NCBI RefSeq assembly: GCF_963921235.1 | Contig: NC_086101.1 | Coordinates: forward strand, 10,046,001-10,110,000 | DNA from: Mobula hypostoma | Taxonomy: Eukaryota | Reading direction: 5' to 3' | Length of the DNA: 64,000 nucleotides | In this document: piece by piece, positions 50,915 to 62,499 of the stretch | Layout: every line of letters starts with the position of its first letter | Position numbering within the stretch: position 1 is the stretch's first letter | Translations under genes and position numbers: made by a program | Notes under the pieces: generated by a model | Databases searched by the model: none | Told to the model about the DNA's origin: nothing | The model's input: only the letters and a program-made list of their open reading frames with translations

Positions 50915-52060
50915 TTCAGTTCTGGTCACCTCATTACAGGAAGGATTTGGTAATGGTAATCCAAATGGTAATTTGGATTTGGTAATTAAAGATAAAGATG
51001 GATTGATGCAGTTTTGGTCTCCAAATTTGAGGAAGGACATTCTTGCTATTGAGGGAGTGCAGCGTAGGTTCACAAGATTAATTCCCGGGATGGCGGGACT
51101 GTCATATATCGAAAGATTGGAGCAACTGGGCTTGTATACTCTGGAATTTAGAAGGCTGAGAGGGGATCTTATTGAAACATATAAGATTATTAAGGGATTG
51201 GACACGCTGCAGGCAGGAAGCATGTTCCTGCTGATGGGTGAGTCTAGGACCAGAGGCCACAGTTTAAGAATTAGGGGTAGGCCATTTAGAACGGAGCTGA
51301 GGAAAAACTTTTTCACCCAGAGAGTGGTGGATATATGGAATGCTCTGCCCCAGAAGGCTGTGGAGGCCAAGTGTCTGGATGCTTTCAAGAAAGAGATGGA
51401 TAGAGCTCTTAAAGATAGAGGAATCAAAGGTTATGGGGATAAGACAGGAACTGGTTACTGGTTGTGGATGATCAGCCATGATCACAGTGAATGACGGTGC
51501 TGGCTCGAAGGGCCAAATGGCCTTCTCCTGCACCTATTGTCTATTGTCTATTGGATGTGGAAGCTATGGAGAGGGTGCAGAGGAGATTTACCAGGGTGTT
51601 GCCTGGATTGGAAAACAAGTCTTATGAGCCAAGGTTAGCAGAGCTGGGACTTTTCTCCTTTGGAGTGTAGAAGGATGAGAGGGGCTTGATAGAGGTCTAC
51701 AAGATTATGAGAGGCATAGATAGGGTGGATAGCCAGTACCTCTTTCCCAGGGCACGAATAGCAAACACCAGAGGGCATATGTACAAAGTTAAGGGAGGGA
51801 AGTTTAGGGGAGACATCAGGGGTAAGTTTTTTACACAGAGGGTTGTGGGTGCCTGGAATGACTTGCCAGGGATGGTGGTGGAGGCTAAAACATTCGGTGT
51901 ATTTAAGAGCCTCTTGGACAGGCACATGGATGAAAGAAAAATAGAGGGTTACGGGGTAGTGTGGGTTTAGTACGTTTTTTTAAGGAATATATGGGTCGGC
52001 ACAACATCGATGGCCGAAGGGCCTGTACTGTGCTGTCGTATTCTAGTGTCTAGTGTCTAG
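50915..52060 (+). mobile_element. Two nested CR1 3' fragments (inner about 51007-51552) inside a Penelope-like remnant
   Basis: QFWSPNLRKDIL... with tail (ctattgt)n; outer frame HYRKD|VEAMERVQ with tail (tctagtg)n. Confidence 0.8.
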
Positions 52061-53589
52061 TAAAGGGGTTGAAGGAAGCGTACCATAGGAGTGGACTGTG
52101 GACTATAGCAAAAGGGGAAGGAGGAGGGGAATCAGAGGAAAGTGATGGGTAGTGGAGGAGAAAGGTGGAGGGGGGGTGTGGTTAGAGGGGAGCTAGCTTG
52201 CCAAATTGAAAAAGAGAGAAGGGTGAACGGATGAGTAATAATCAGAATTTGTAATTGACTGTTGTAATTGCCCTGTGTCAGCGTCTCTTCCTTTCACTTT
52301 TGGAAACTGAGGGGCTTGACTTACGGAGCGTGCTTCACTGTTACCGGCATCTTGTGGTGCAAAGAACCACAGGATGCCGGTAACCCACCCCAAGAAGCAG
52401 TCACACTCGGAGACTTCCCAGCAGCGTCTTCCCTGGTCCCCATTGTTGTCGAATGGTCCATCATCGCCCCCTTGTGGTGACTGACAGTAGCTCGGAGCGT
52501 CAGGCACACTAGATTTCTGTCACCAGAGACGGTGAATGGAGCAGGAAGCTCGAGAGAAGGAACAATGGTAACTGGGTTAGCTCAGTGGAAGATACTTGTG
52601 GTACAGGGGAGATGGCCAAGAAAGTGCACCAGCAAGTCTTCCTCCACAGGAGGTCAGAGAATTTTGGCCTGAAACTTCAAGATGAAGTTTATTGGCATCT
52701 GACTGTACAGCTGTACAACCAAACAAGACTACGTTCCTCCGGACCACAGTGCACCCACGAAACATACATCACACACAGCACATAAACCAAAATATCATAT
52801 CACAATGAAGTTAATAAAATATATTTCAAAATGCATTCAGTAAACCACAGGACAGGTGAACAGTGAACAGTAAACAGATTGCTGTCCCAGTGACCAGACC
52901 TCGGTGGTGACAGGGTATTCATTAGACTCACAGCCTGAGGGGAGAAGCTGTTACCCAGTCTGGCTGTCCTCCTCCAGTTCTATACCTATTCCTGACTGTG
53001 GTGGGTCAAAGAGATTGTAGGATGGATGGTAGGGATAGATTCATAGAGTCATAGAAAAGCAGAGCACTGAAACAGGCCGCTGGGCCCATCTAATCTGTGC
53101 CAAACAGTTAAACTGCCTACTCCCATCGACCTGTACCGGGACCATAGCCCTCCAAACCACAACCATCCATGTACCTATCCAAACTGCATTACAACATTGA
53201 AATTGAACTTGCATACACCACCTGGTCCAGCAGCTGGTTCCATACTCACATGACCCCGTCAGTGTAGAAATTTCAGAATCAGAATCAGGTTTATTATCAT
53301 GGCATCTTTTGTGAAATTTGTTAACCGCACATGTTCAACTTCAACTTTTCACCTTTACCCCTTAACCTATGACCTCTAGTTGTACTCCCACCCATTGTCA
53401 GTGGAAAAAGCCTGCCTGCATTTATCCTATATATTCTCCTTATAATTTTTCTACCTCTATCAAATCTTCCCTCAATCTTAGATGTTCCAAGGAATAAAGT
53501 CTTAGCGAATTCAATCTTTCCATATAACTCAGGTTCTCTACTCCCGGCAGTGTTCTTGTCATTTATTTTTTGTATTCTTTCAACTTGGG

Positions 53590-55620
53590 AACTGGACTGA
53601 AGAGACGGAGGCAGGGGTGGTTGGCTCACAAATAGAGAAAGCTTGTAGACAGTGTGAGAGGAAGGATAGACAGGTGATAGAGAAGGTGATTGCTCAGACT
53701 GAAGGTTTGAGGTGTGTCTATTTTAATGCAAGAAGCATCATGAACAAAGTAGATGAGCTCATAGCGTGGATCAGTACTTGGAGCTATGATGTTGTGGCCA
53801 TTACAGAGACTTGGATGGCTCAAGAGCAGGAATGGCTACTTGGAGTGCCACACTTTAGATGTTTCATAAAGGACAGGGAGGGAGGCAAAATTGGTGGAGG
53901 CACGGCACCCACCAATTGTTGATCAAAGATAGTGTCACAGCTGCAGAAGAGCAGGAAGTCATGGAGGGGCTGTCTACTGAGCCTCTGTGGGTGGAAGTTA
54001 GGAACAGGAAGGGGTCAATAACTCTACCGGGTATTTTTCATAGACCTCCCAATAATAACAGGGAAATCGAGAAGCATATAGGGAGACAGTTTCTGGAAAG
54101 GTGTAATAAAAACAGGGTCGTGGTGGTGGGAGATTTTAATTTCCCAAATATTGATTGGCATTTTTCTAGAGAAGGGGTTTAGATGGGGTGGAGTTTATTA
54201 GGTGTGTTCAGGAAGGTTTCTTGACACAATACATAGATAAGGCTACAAGAGAAGCTGTATTTGACCTGGTATTAGGAAATCAACCTGATCAGGTGTCAGT
54301 TCTCTCAATAGGAGAGCATTTTTGAGAGAGTGATCACAATTCTATCTCCTTTATCATAGCTTTGGAGAGAGATAGGAACAGACAAGTTAGGAAAGTTTTA
54401 AATCTGAGTAAGTGGAAATATGAAACTATCAGGCAGGAACTTGGCAGCATAAATTGGGAACATATTTCCTCAGGGAAATATACGACAGAAAAGTGGCAAA
54501 TGTTCAGGGGATATTTGCTTAGGTTCTGCTTAGGTATGTTCCAATGAGACAGGGAATGGATGGCAGGGTACAGGAACCATGGTGTACAAAGACTGTTGTA
54601 CATCTAGTCAAGAGGAAAAGAAAAGCTTACGAAAGGTTCAAAACTAGGTAATGATAGAGATCTAGAAAATTATAAGGCTAACAGGACGGAGCTTAAGAAT
54701 CAAATTAGGAGAGCCAGAATGGGTCATGAGACGGCCTTGGCGAGCAGGATTAAGGAAAACCCCAATGCATTCTACAAGTATGTGAAGATCAAGAGATTAA
54801 GATGTAAGAGTATAGGACCAACCATGTGTGACAGTGGAAAAGTGTGTATGGAACTAGAGGAGATAGCAGAAATACTTAATGAATACATTGCTTCAGTATT
54901 CACTACGGAAAAGGACGTTGGCAATTGTAGGGATGTCTTACTGCGGACTGAAGAGCTTGAGCATATAGACATTAAGAAAGAGAATGTTCTGAAGCTTTTG
55001 GAAAGCAACAAGTTGGTTAAGTCACCGGGTCTGAACAAGAAATACCACAGGCTACTGTGGGAGGCAAGGGAGGAGATTGATGAGCCTCTGGCGATGATCT
55101 TTGCATCATCAATAGGGACGGGAGAGGTTCTGGAGGATTGGAGGGTTGCAGATGTTGTTCCCTTATTCAAGAAAGGGAGTAGAGACAGCTCAGGAAATTA
55201 TAGACCAGTGAGTCTTACTTCAGTGGTTGGTAAGTTGATGGAGAAGATCGTGAGAGGCAGGATTTATGAACATTTGGAGAGGCATAATATGATTAGGAAT
55301 AGTCAGCATGGTTTTGTCAAAGGCAGGTCATGTCTTATGAACCTGACTGAACTTTTTTGAGGATGTGACTAAACACATTGATGAGGATAGAGTAGTAGAT
55401 GTAGTGTATATGGATTTCAGCAAGGCATTCGATAAGGTACCCAATGCAAGGCTTATTAACCAAGTAAGGAGACATGAGATCTAAGGGGACCTTGCTTTGT
55501 GGATCCAGAATTAGCCTGCCCACAGAAGGCAAAAGGTGGTTGTAGGTGGGTTATATTCTGCATGGAAGTCAGTGACAAGTGGTGTGCCTTAGGGATCTAT
55601 TCTCAGACCCCTTTTCTTCA
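53590..55620 (+). mobile_element. CR1 ORF2 (endonuclease plus RT N-terminal half), decayed
   Basis: LRCVYFNARSIMNKVDEL, VVVGDFNFPNIDW, NYRPVSLTSVVGK. Confidence 0.9.
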
Positions 55621-55639
55621 TTATTTCCCTACGTACCAT

Positions 55640-56350
55640 TTCTATAATTGAAAAGGCCTGACTTCCAGTGATTTCCACACCGGACAGAGTTTGGTGTAGG
55701 TGGTACGTTGAGTACAGGTACAAGGTGTAAGATGGATTCCAAGTGTGATCAAGAACGGTATCTTGGGATGCTGTGTCAATGCCAAATGGTGTTGTGAAGC
55801 TGGGAGCTTGTTAGAAGCTAAATGCCACTTAATGGATATGCAGTTCTTAGGTCTGCCCACTTGTCCCACAGGGTGGTGCAGTTGATATGTGGGGCCATGC
55901 GTATGCCACCCCAGTGCCCTGAGTGAACACCTTGACCATGCTGGTTGTTAAGAGGACTATTACAAAGGTAGGATGCTTTAAATGATAGCTGTTCTCAGCA
56001 ATGTACGGCCAAACTGTCTCGGGTACTAAGTTTGATGGTCTTGGATTACCTGCTCACAAAGGAAGGTGACATTTGCACTGTTATTGGTCAAGAATACTGC
56101 ACCTACATTTGTCAGGTCGGGTAACATCGCTCACCTGGTTGGTGATATCTCAGCATCAGTGTGTCGGGTTAAGTGAGGGATCAGCTCAGCAGCCATAACA
56201 CTCCAGGGTGCGGCTGGTGGCCTTTTGGGGCACAGGGAGGCTGGTGGACTGCTGTGGTACACTGGGAGGTGACCATTGGGTTTACAGTACTGGGTATTGT
56301 ACTCCTGTGATTTATGTATAACATGTTCATGAGGGTCATACCAGTCTGAG
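55640..56350 (+). mobile_element. env: Endogenous retrovirus env remnant (SU C-terminus, heptad, immunosuppressive domain, Cys loop, TM)
   Basis: 56035-56109 reads MVLDYLLTKEGDICTVIGQEYCTYI. Downstream GWWPFGAQGGWWTAVVHWEVTIGFTVLGIVLL. Multiple stops and frameshifts. Confidence 0.75.
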
Positions 56351-56752
56351 TGTTGGCTCGTCACGTTCGCAACTTTCGAGGGGTGGAGTGTCCTGTGGGG
56401 GCGTGTCTCACTCTGATTGTCGAATGCCATTTCCATTGTGATTGGTTAGTTTAGAAGGAGCAGCTGCTTTTCCCATTGGATAAATGTCTGGTGTCCAGTT
56501 TCTGATATCCTGAGTATATGAAGTAGCAGGTGGAAGGGACTTGCTCCTTTCTTCCTTTGTTTAAGACATGCCCATTGGGAAGGTATGTTCTGCACGCACT
56601 TTCAGCCAAGTATGTTTATTGAATATTCAGCTTTGAATTGTCTGTAACTTGGGGAACAGGAATGTTTGGTCGAATTTTTACTGTTTGTAAATAAATGATT
56701 AATATACCAATTTAAAGTCAGTGCATTTCCTGTCTCACTTACCGGACCTGCA
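56351..56752 (+). mobile_element. Putative 3' LTR of the ERV
   Basis: TG...CA borders, ATTGG at 56441 and 56475, TATA-like at about 56515, AATAAA at 56690. No clear polypurine tract seen. Confidence 0.4.
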
Positions 56753-56759
56753 ATCCTGG

Positions 56760-58010
56760 TTGAATATTATACCCACTGACTCTCACAGCTGTCTTGACTA
56801 TACCTCTACCCACCCTGTCACTTGTCAAAATGCCATTCTCCTTTCTCAGTTCCTCCGTCTCCACCGCATCTGTTCTCAGGATGATGCTTTTCATTCCAGA
56901 ACAAGTGAGATGTCCACCTTCTTCAAAGAGAGGAGCTCCCCTTCCTCCACCATCAATGCTGCCCTTGCCTTTATTGTTTCCATTTCATGCACATCTGCCC
57001 TCACCCCATCCTCCTGCCATCATACCAAGAATAGGGTTCCTCTTGTCCTCACCAAACATCTCCCAAGCCTCTGCATGCGGCACACAATTCTCTGTAGCTT
57101 CTGCCATCTCCAATGGGATCCCACCACCAAGCATATGTTTCCCTCTCCCCAACTTTCCACTTTCCGCAGAGATTGCTCCCTACGTGACTCTAATGTCCAC
57201 TCATCCCTCACCACTGATCTCCCTCTTGGCACTTATCCTTGCAAGCAGAACAAGTGTCACACCTTCTCCCTCACTATTATTCAGGGCCCCAAACAGTCCT
57301 TCCAGGTGATGCAACACTTTACCTGTGAGTTTGTTGGGGTCATATACAGTATTCAGTGCTCCCAGTGCAGCCTCCTGTAAGTCAGTGAGACCCGACATAG
57401 ATTGAAAGACGGCTCTGTAGAGAACTGTCGTTCCATCTGCTACGAAGAGCAGCAATTCCCAGCAGCTACCCATTTCAATGTTACTTCCCATTCACATTCC
57501 GACATGTCAGTCCATGACCTCCTCTATTGCCATGAAGAGGCCACACTCAGGTTGGAGGAGCAACATCTTATATTTCATCTGGGTAGCCTCCAACCTGATG
57601 GCCTCCACATCAATTTCTTGAACTTCTGGTAATGCCTCTCCCCTCCTCTGCTTCACCCATTCTTATTTCCCCCTTCTACCTCTGTTTTTAACTCCCCATC
57701 AACTCCCTCTGGTGCTCCTCCCCTTTCATTTTCTTCCATGGTGTTCTGACCTCTCATAGCAGATTCCCCCTTCTCCAGTCCTTTATCACTTCCACCAATC
57801 AACTTCCCAGCTTTTAACTTCACTCTCTCCTCCCTCCTGATTTCACTTACCACCTGCCATCTTGTATTTCTTTGTCCCCTGCCCCCAGCTTCTCAAGTCC
57901 TACACCCTTGCTATTCAATGCTGATGAAGTGTTTTGGCCCAAAATGCCGACTGTTTAATTCTCATCCATGGATGCCGCCTGACCTGCTGAGCTCCTCCAG
58001 CACCTTGTGC
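56760..58010 (+). mobile_element. Decayed Penelope-like element (RT C-terminus, GIY-YIG, degenerate terminal repeat)
   Basis: SQFLRLHRICSQDDAF; GVIYSIQCSQC; LRLEEQHLIFHLGSLQPDG. Confidence 0.85.
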
Positions 58011-58574
58011 GTAGTGCAAAGAAATGGCTGGCGAGCCCCGGGATTGGAGGTCTGCAAGAGTACAGAGGTCGAGGCCCCAAGGTCCATGTCCGGTGATCAG
58101 CAAGTGCTGAGTTGGATCCTAGAAGATTTGTGAAATCCAGAGTTCGAAGCCAGAGCTCAATGTTCAAGGCTGGAAGTCGAGGCCCAAAGGTCGAAGACTG
58201 AACCCAGGGAGTCTAGAGATTGAGGTTTGATGTCTGTGATTCTGTGAGTCCAGGGCCAAGGACTGGGGCCAGAGACTTGTCCAGGGGTTGTAGGTCAGTC
58301 TGTGTGTGAGTGAGTAGGATGTGTCTCATTTCGACTTTCCTTTGGGCAGTTGGTGGGCAGGAAACGTTGGCCCTGCCACCGATGGCCACATTCCATAAAC
58401 AATAAATTCTTCTCCCTGTTGCAGCCGAGAGTTGCAGCATTTTGTTTCTTCTCTACCTCTATCCTATTGATCAACGAGCCCGCATCACTCTATCTCTTTC
58501 CCCTACTCCCCCACCCTCTCCAACTTCCCACACCCCACACACTCCTTCCCACCTCCCTCCCTTCATTCCACGCT

Positions 58575-59245
58575 CCACTAAAGTGTTTATGTCTCAACAA
58601 GATCTAGAAAAACTCGTCCATACATTTACTTCTAGTGGGCTTGACTACTGTAATAGCATTTTCACACATCTCCGTAAAAAATCCCCCAGCTAGCTGCAGC
58701 TTATTCAGAACGCAGCTGCTACAGTCCTCACTAAAACCAAGAAAGCAGAACATATTACTCCAGTTCTCAGGTCGCTGCACTGGCTTCCTGTCCATCGGAG
58801 GACTGACTTTAAAATGTCACTGCTGGTTTATAAAGCACTGAATGGTCTCGGGCCCAAATACATTACTGATCTCCCGCTGCATTATGAACATTCCTGGGCT
58901 CTCAGGTCGTCTGGAGTAGGTCAGCTTATCGTCCCCTGGGTCAAAACTAAACATGGTGAAGAAGCTTTTAGTTACAATGCTCACATATCTGGAATAACCT
59001 TCTGGGGATCTGAAGTCTGCCCCAACTTTAAGCTCTTTTAAATCGAAGCTTAAAACTTTTCTTTTCTTTGTAGCTTTTAATTAGAATCTCCTGCACTGTA
59101 AGTTCAATTTATCATATCAATTTTTGTGTGATTTTATTGTTATATATTGTCTGAAATTTGATGTTTGAATTTTATATCTTGTTCTATGTAAAGCACTTTG
59201 AATTGCCTCATGCTTGAAAAGTGCTCTATACAAATAAACTTGCTT
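58575..59245 (+). mobile_element. L2-clade LINE 3' fragment
   Basis: LEKLVHTFTSSGLDYCNS, LQLIQNAAA, HITPVLRSLHWLPV, LLVYKALNGLGPKYI; 3' end tgtaaagcactttgaa...aaataaa. Confidence 0.85.
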
Positions 59246-59825
59246 TTTTTACTCCACTTCTCTCTCCTTCCAGATTCCATCATCGTTGTCACTGCCACCT
59301 CTCAGATCCCAGCTTCTGACACATTTCCACACTCCACCCCTCCCTCATCTGGGTCTGCTAACAGCTCTTACTCCACGCTTCCTTCCACCTTTCTATGCTG
59401 CCTCTCTGCAGTCTTTCTTTCAGTCCAGATGAAGGATCTCCAACCTAAACGTCAACTGTCCATTTCCTTACATAGATGTTACCTGACTCAATGGGAGACC
59501 CCGGTGCTTCGTGTGTTACCACCACTACATGTCCCGTGTTACCAAGATTCACCCTGACCTCCCTCTTCCAGTCAGCACCACCACCACTTGTCCCAGTTAC
59601 CCCACATTAGTGCTGGTGGTCTTTAGGACCCGGGGGAGCCGGGGAACTCAGAACCCGCTGCCCGCGACTGTTTGCTGAATCCGCAGTGTTTCTGTTTCGC
59701 TGACCGATGCCGTTAACACATGAAAATTAATGGCTCGATAATTCTCGTATCGTATTTATTTCACTCTCCGCATATTTATATTGACACTGACTTTCTCCTG
59801 ACGCCGGTCCCGGGACCCGACCCGT

Positions 59826-60368
59826 TTACGAACCCGGAGAGGAACCAGAGCAGATTCTTAGCCACTGGCTCTTATCCCAAATCCAGAACAAAGGATAAAG
59901 TTTCCCTGTGAATTTATTCCCAGTGAAGGTGCGGAGATGGGACTTGGTCTCCGCATTGTAAAATGAAACTGTCCCGGACTCGTAACTGAGATAAATTCCC
60001 ACCCTCCCGGGGATGGGACCGGCAGGGAGACGGGATTCAGGGGAGAAGCGAAGCTTGGTCACGTTCGGATTGAACACGTCATCATCCCGCCCGATGATCC
60101 AGATTCCGGTCTCCAGAGTAGTTCCGACTGCTCTTTTCCTGTCCACAGAGTCTGCGGCGACTCCCAGACACCAGCCCTGATTCCCCGCCACCTCCACCTC
60201 CCAGTAATGTCTCCCCGATGTGAATCCCTCCGATCCCAGCACACAAAGCCCGGCTGTGAACCTCTTCCCGGTGTCATGGAGATTCCTCCATTTCCCATCT
60301 CACACTCTTCCGATCCTCAGACACCTCGAGCCACGGATGCGCCGTTTCCACATCCAGGGTGACAGAGA
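59826..60368 (-). pseudogene. TRIM copy 3 terminal PRY-SPRY exon with a single early frameshift (stop 60276-60274); upstream exons presumably right of the window
   Basis: Acceptor ccccccag|. Reads SVTLDVETAHPWLEVSEDRKSVRW then shifts; the 138-aa remainder (GSEGFTSGRHYWEV...KLYPLFW) is open. Confidence 0.9.
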
Positions 60369-62402
60369 CTGGGGGGAAGAAGAAGAGAATTAGAGAGTCC
60401 CCGGGGAATGCGGAGAGACTTGGGCAGCGCAGCCCGGGGCCGGGGGAGCGGCCGCTGGCCTCAGGCGCAGTCAGACCCCGACAGGAACCCTTCCCGGGTT
60501 TTTACCAGCTACTGCGGTTGGACAATCAGTATCTTCCCGAGGTTTTCCCTCGGGGATGGAGAACGGAGTTTTCCCAATCAACACACACAAAATGCTGAAA
60601 GAACTCAGTGGGTCAAGTAGCATATGTGGAGGGAGATGGACAGTCAATGTTTCAAGTCGAGAGCTTTCCTCAAGAATGGAAAGAGAGACGGGAGATAGCC
60701 AGTGGAAACGGGTGTGTGGAAGGGGCGAAGTATCAACTAGACCCAGATGAGAATGGGGTGAGTGAATATTGGAAGCATTTAAAAAAGAGGTCAGGGAGGC
60801 TTTTCTGCCAAATTCATTCGTGCTGACCAAGTAGCTTTAATGCGCTAGTCCCATTTGCCTGCATTTGTCCGTTATTCCTTTTAGCCTTTCCTATCCGCTA
60901 ACCTGTCCAGATGTCGTTTAAATCATGGTAAATGCACCCTCCTGTACAACTTCTTTCGGCAGCCTCCTGAGCTACAGGGAAAAAGTCCCAGCCTATCCAG
61001 TCTCTCCTTATAACCCCAAACCCTCCAGTCCTGGTAACATCCTTGCAAATCTGTTTTATACCCTCTCAATTTAATGACATTCTTCCTGTAGAAAGATCAC
61101 CAGAACTGTACAGAGTGATCAAAATCATAAAGACGAGAAATTCTGCAGATGCTGGAATTCCAAAGCAACATAGACAAAATCTTGGCCCAAATCATCCACT
61201 GTTAATTCATATCCATAGATGCTGCCTGACCTGCTGATTTCCTCCAGCAGTTTGTGTGTGTTACTCTGCTCCAAATGTGGCCTTCCCAATGTCTTGTACA
61301 CTCATAACATGACGTCCCAGCTCCTGCACTCAGTATTCTGACTGACGAAGGCAATCACCTCCTGGTCTCTCTGTTCCACAACACTCTCTAGGGCCCCACT
61401 GATTCCTGTGTAATTTGGTCCAGGTTTGCCTTCCAAAATGCAACACCCTCATGTCTGAATTAAAATCAATTTCCATCCAATGGCCCAGAGACCCAATTAA
61501 TCAAGATCTCATTTTAATCTTGGATAAACAATGAGCAACAGGGTCATGTAGCAGATAACAATAATGTAATAGCAACTACACTCACTTCTCTTTCTTCACA
61601 CACTACAATATCTGCCACACTGCTAGTGTCATCCACAGTGAAGACTGATGCAAAATACTCATTTAGTTCATCAGCCATCTCCTTGTCCCACGTTATTATT
61701 TCTCCTGCCTCATTTTCTAGCGGTCCTATATCCACTTTCATCTCTCTTTTACTTTTTTACATACTTGAAAAAGCTTTTACTATCCACTTTGATATTATTT
61801 GCCAGCTTGCTTTCATATTTCTGATGATTTTTTTAGTTGCTCTCTGTACATTTTTAAAAACTTCCAAATCCTCTATTTTCCCACTAATTTTTGCTTTGTT
61901 GTATGCCCTCTCTTTTGTTTTTTATATTAGCTTTGACTTCCCTTGTCAGCCAAGGTTGTACTATTTTGCCATTTGAGTATTTCTTCATTTCTGGAATACG
62001 TATGTCCTGCAGCTTCCCCATTCCTCCCAGAAACGCACGCAATTGCTGCTCTGCTCTCATCCCTGCCAGCACATCCTATCAATTTACTTTGGCCAACTCC
62101 TCTCTCATACCACTGTAATTTTCCTTACTCACTGAAATACTGCTAGGTCAGACGTTACTTACTCCCTATCAAATTTCATGTTGAACTCAATCATATTGTG
62201 ATCACCGGTTCTGAAGGGTTCTTTTACCTTTAGCTCCCTAATCACCTCCAGTTCACTTCATAACACCCAGTCCAGAATAACTGATCCCCTAGCAGGCTCA
62301 ATGACAAACTGTTCTAAAAAGCCATCTCTTGGGCATTCAAGCAACACACAACAAAGTTGCTGGTGAACGCAGCAGGCCAGGCAGCATCTCTAGGAAGAGG
62401 TG

Positions 62403-62440
62403 CAGTCGACGTTTCAGGCCGAGACCCTTCGTCAGGACTA
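62403..62440 (-). ncRNA. Minimal hammerhead ribozyme motif (left arm)
   Basis: Minus strand TAGTC-CTGACGA-AGGGTCTCGGCCT-GAAAC-GTC-GACTG. Confidence 0.75.
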
Positions 62441-62461
62441 ACTGGTTAGTCCTTCATCAGT

Positions 62462-62499
62462 TAGTCCTGACGAAGGGTCTCGGCCTGAAACGTCGACTG
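62462..62499 (+). ncRNA. Minimal hammerhead ribozyme motif (right arm)
   Basis: TAGTC-CTGACGA-AGGGTCTCGGCCT-GAAAC-GTC-GACTG. Confidence 0.75.

Noticed and set aside
50705..51427. 240-aa minus-strand ORF
   Set aside because: Antisense shadow of a CR1 fragment running into a Penelope-like remnant.
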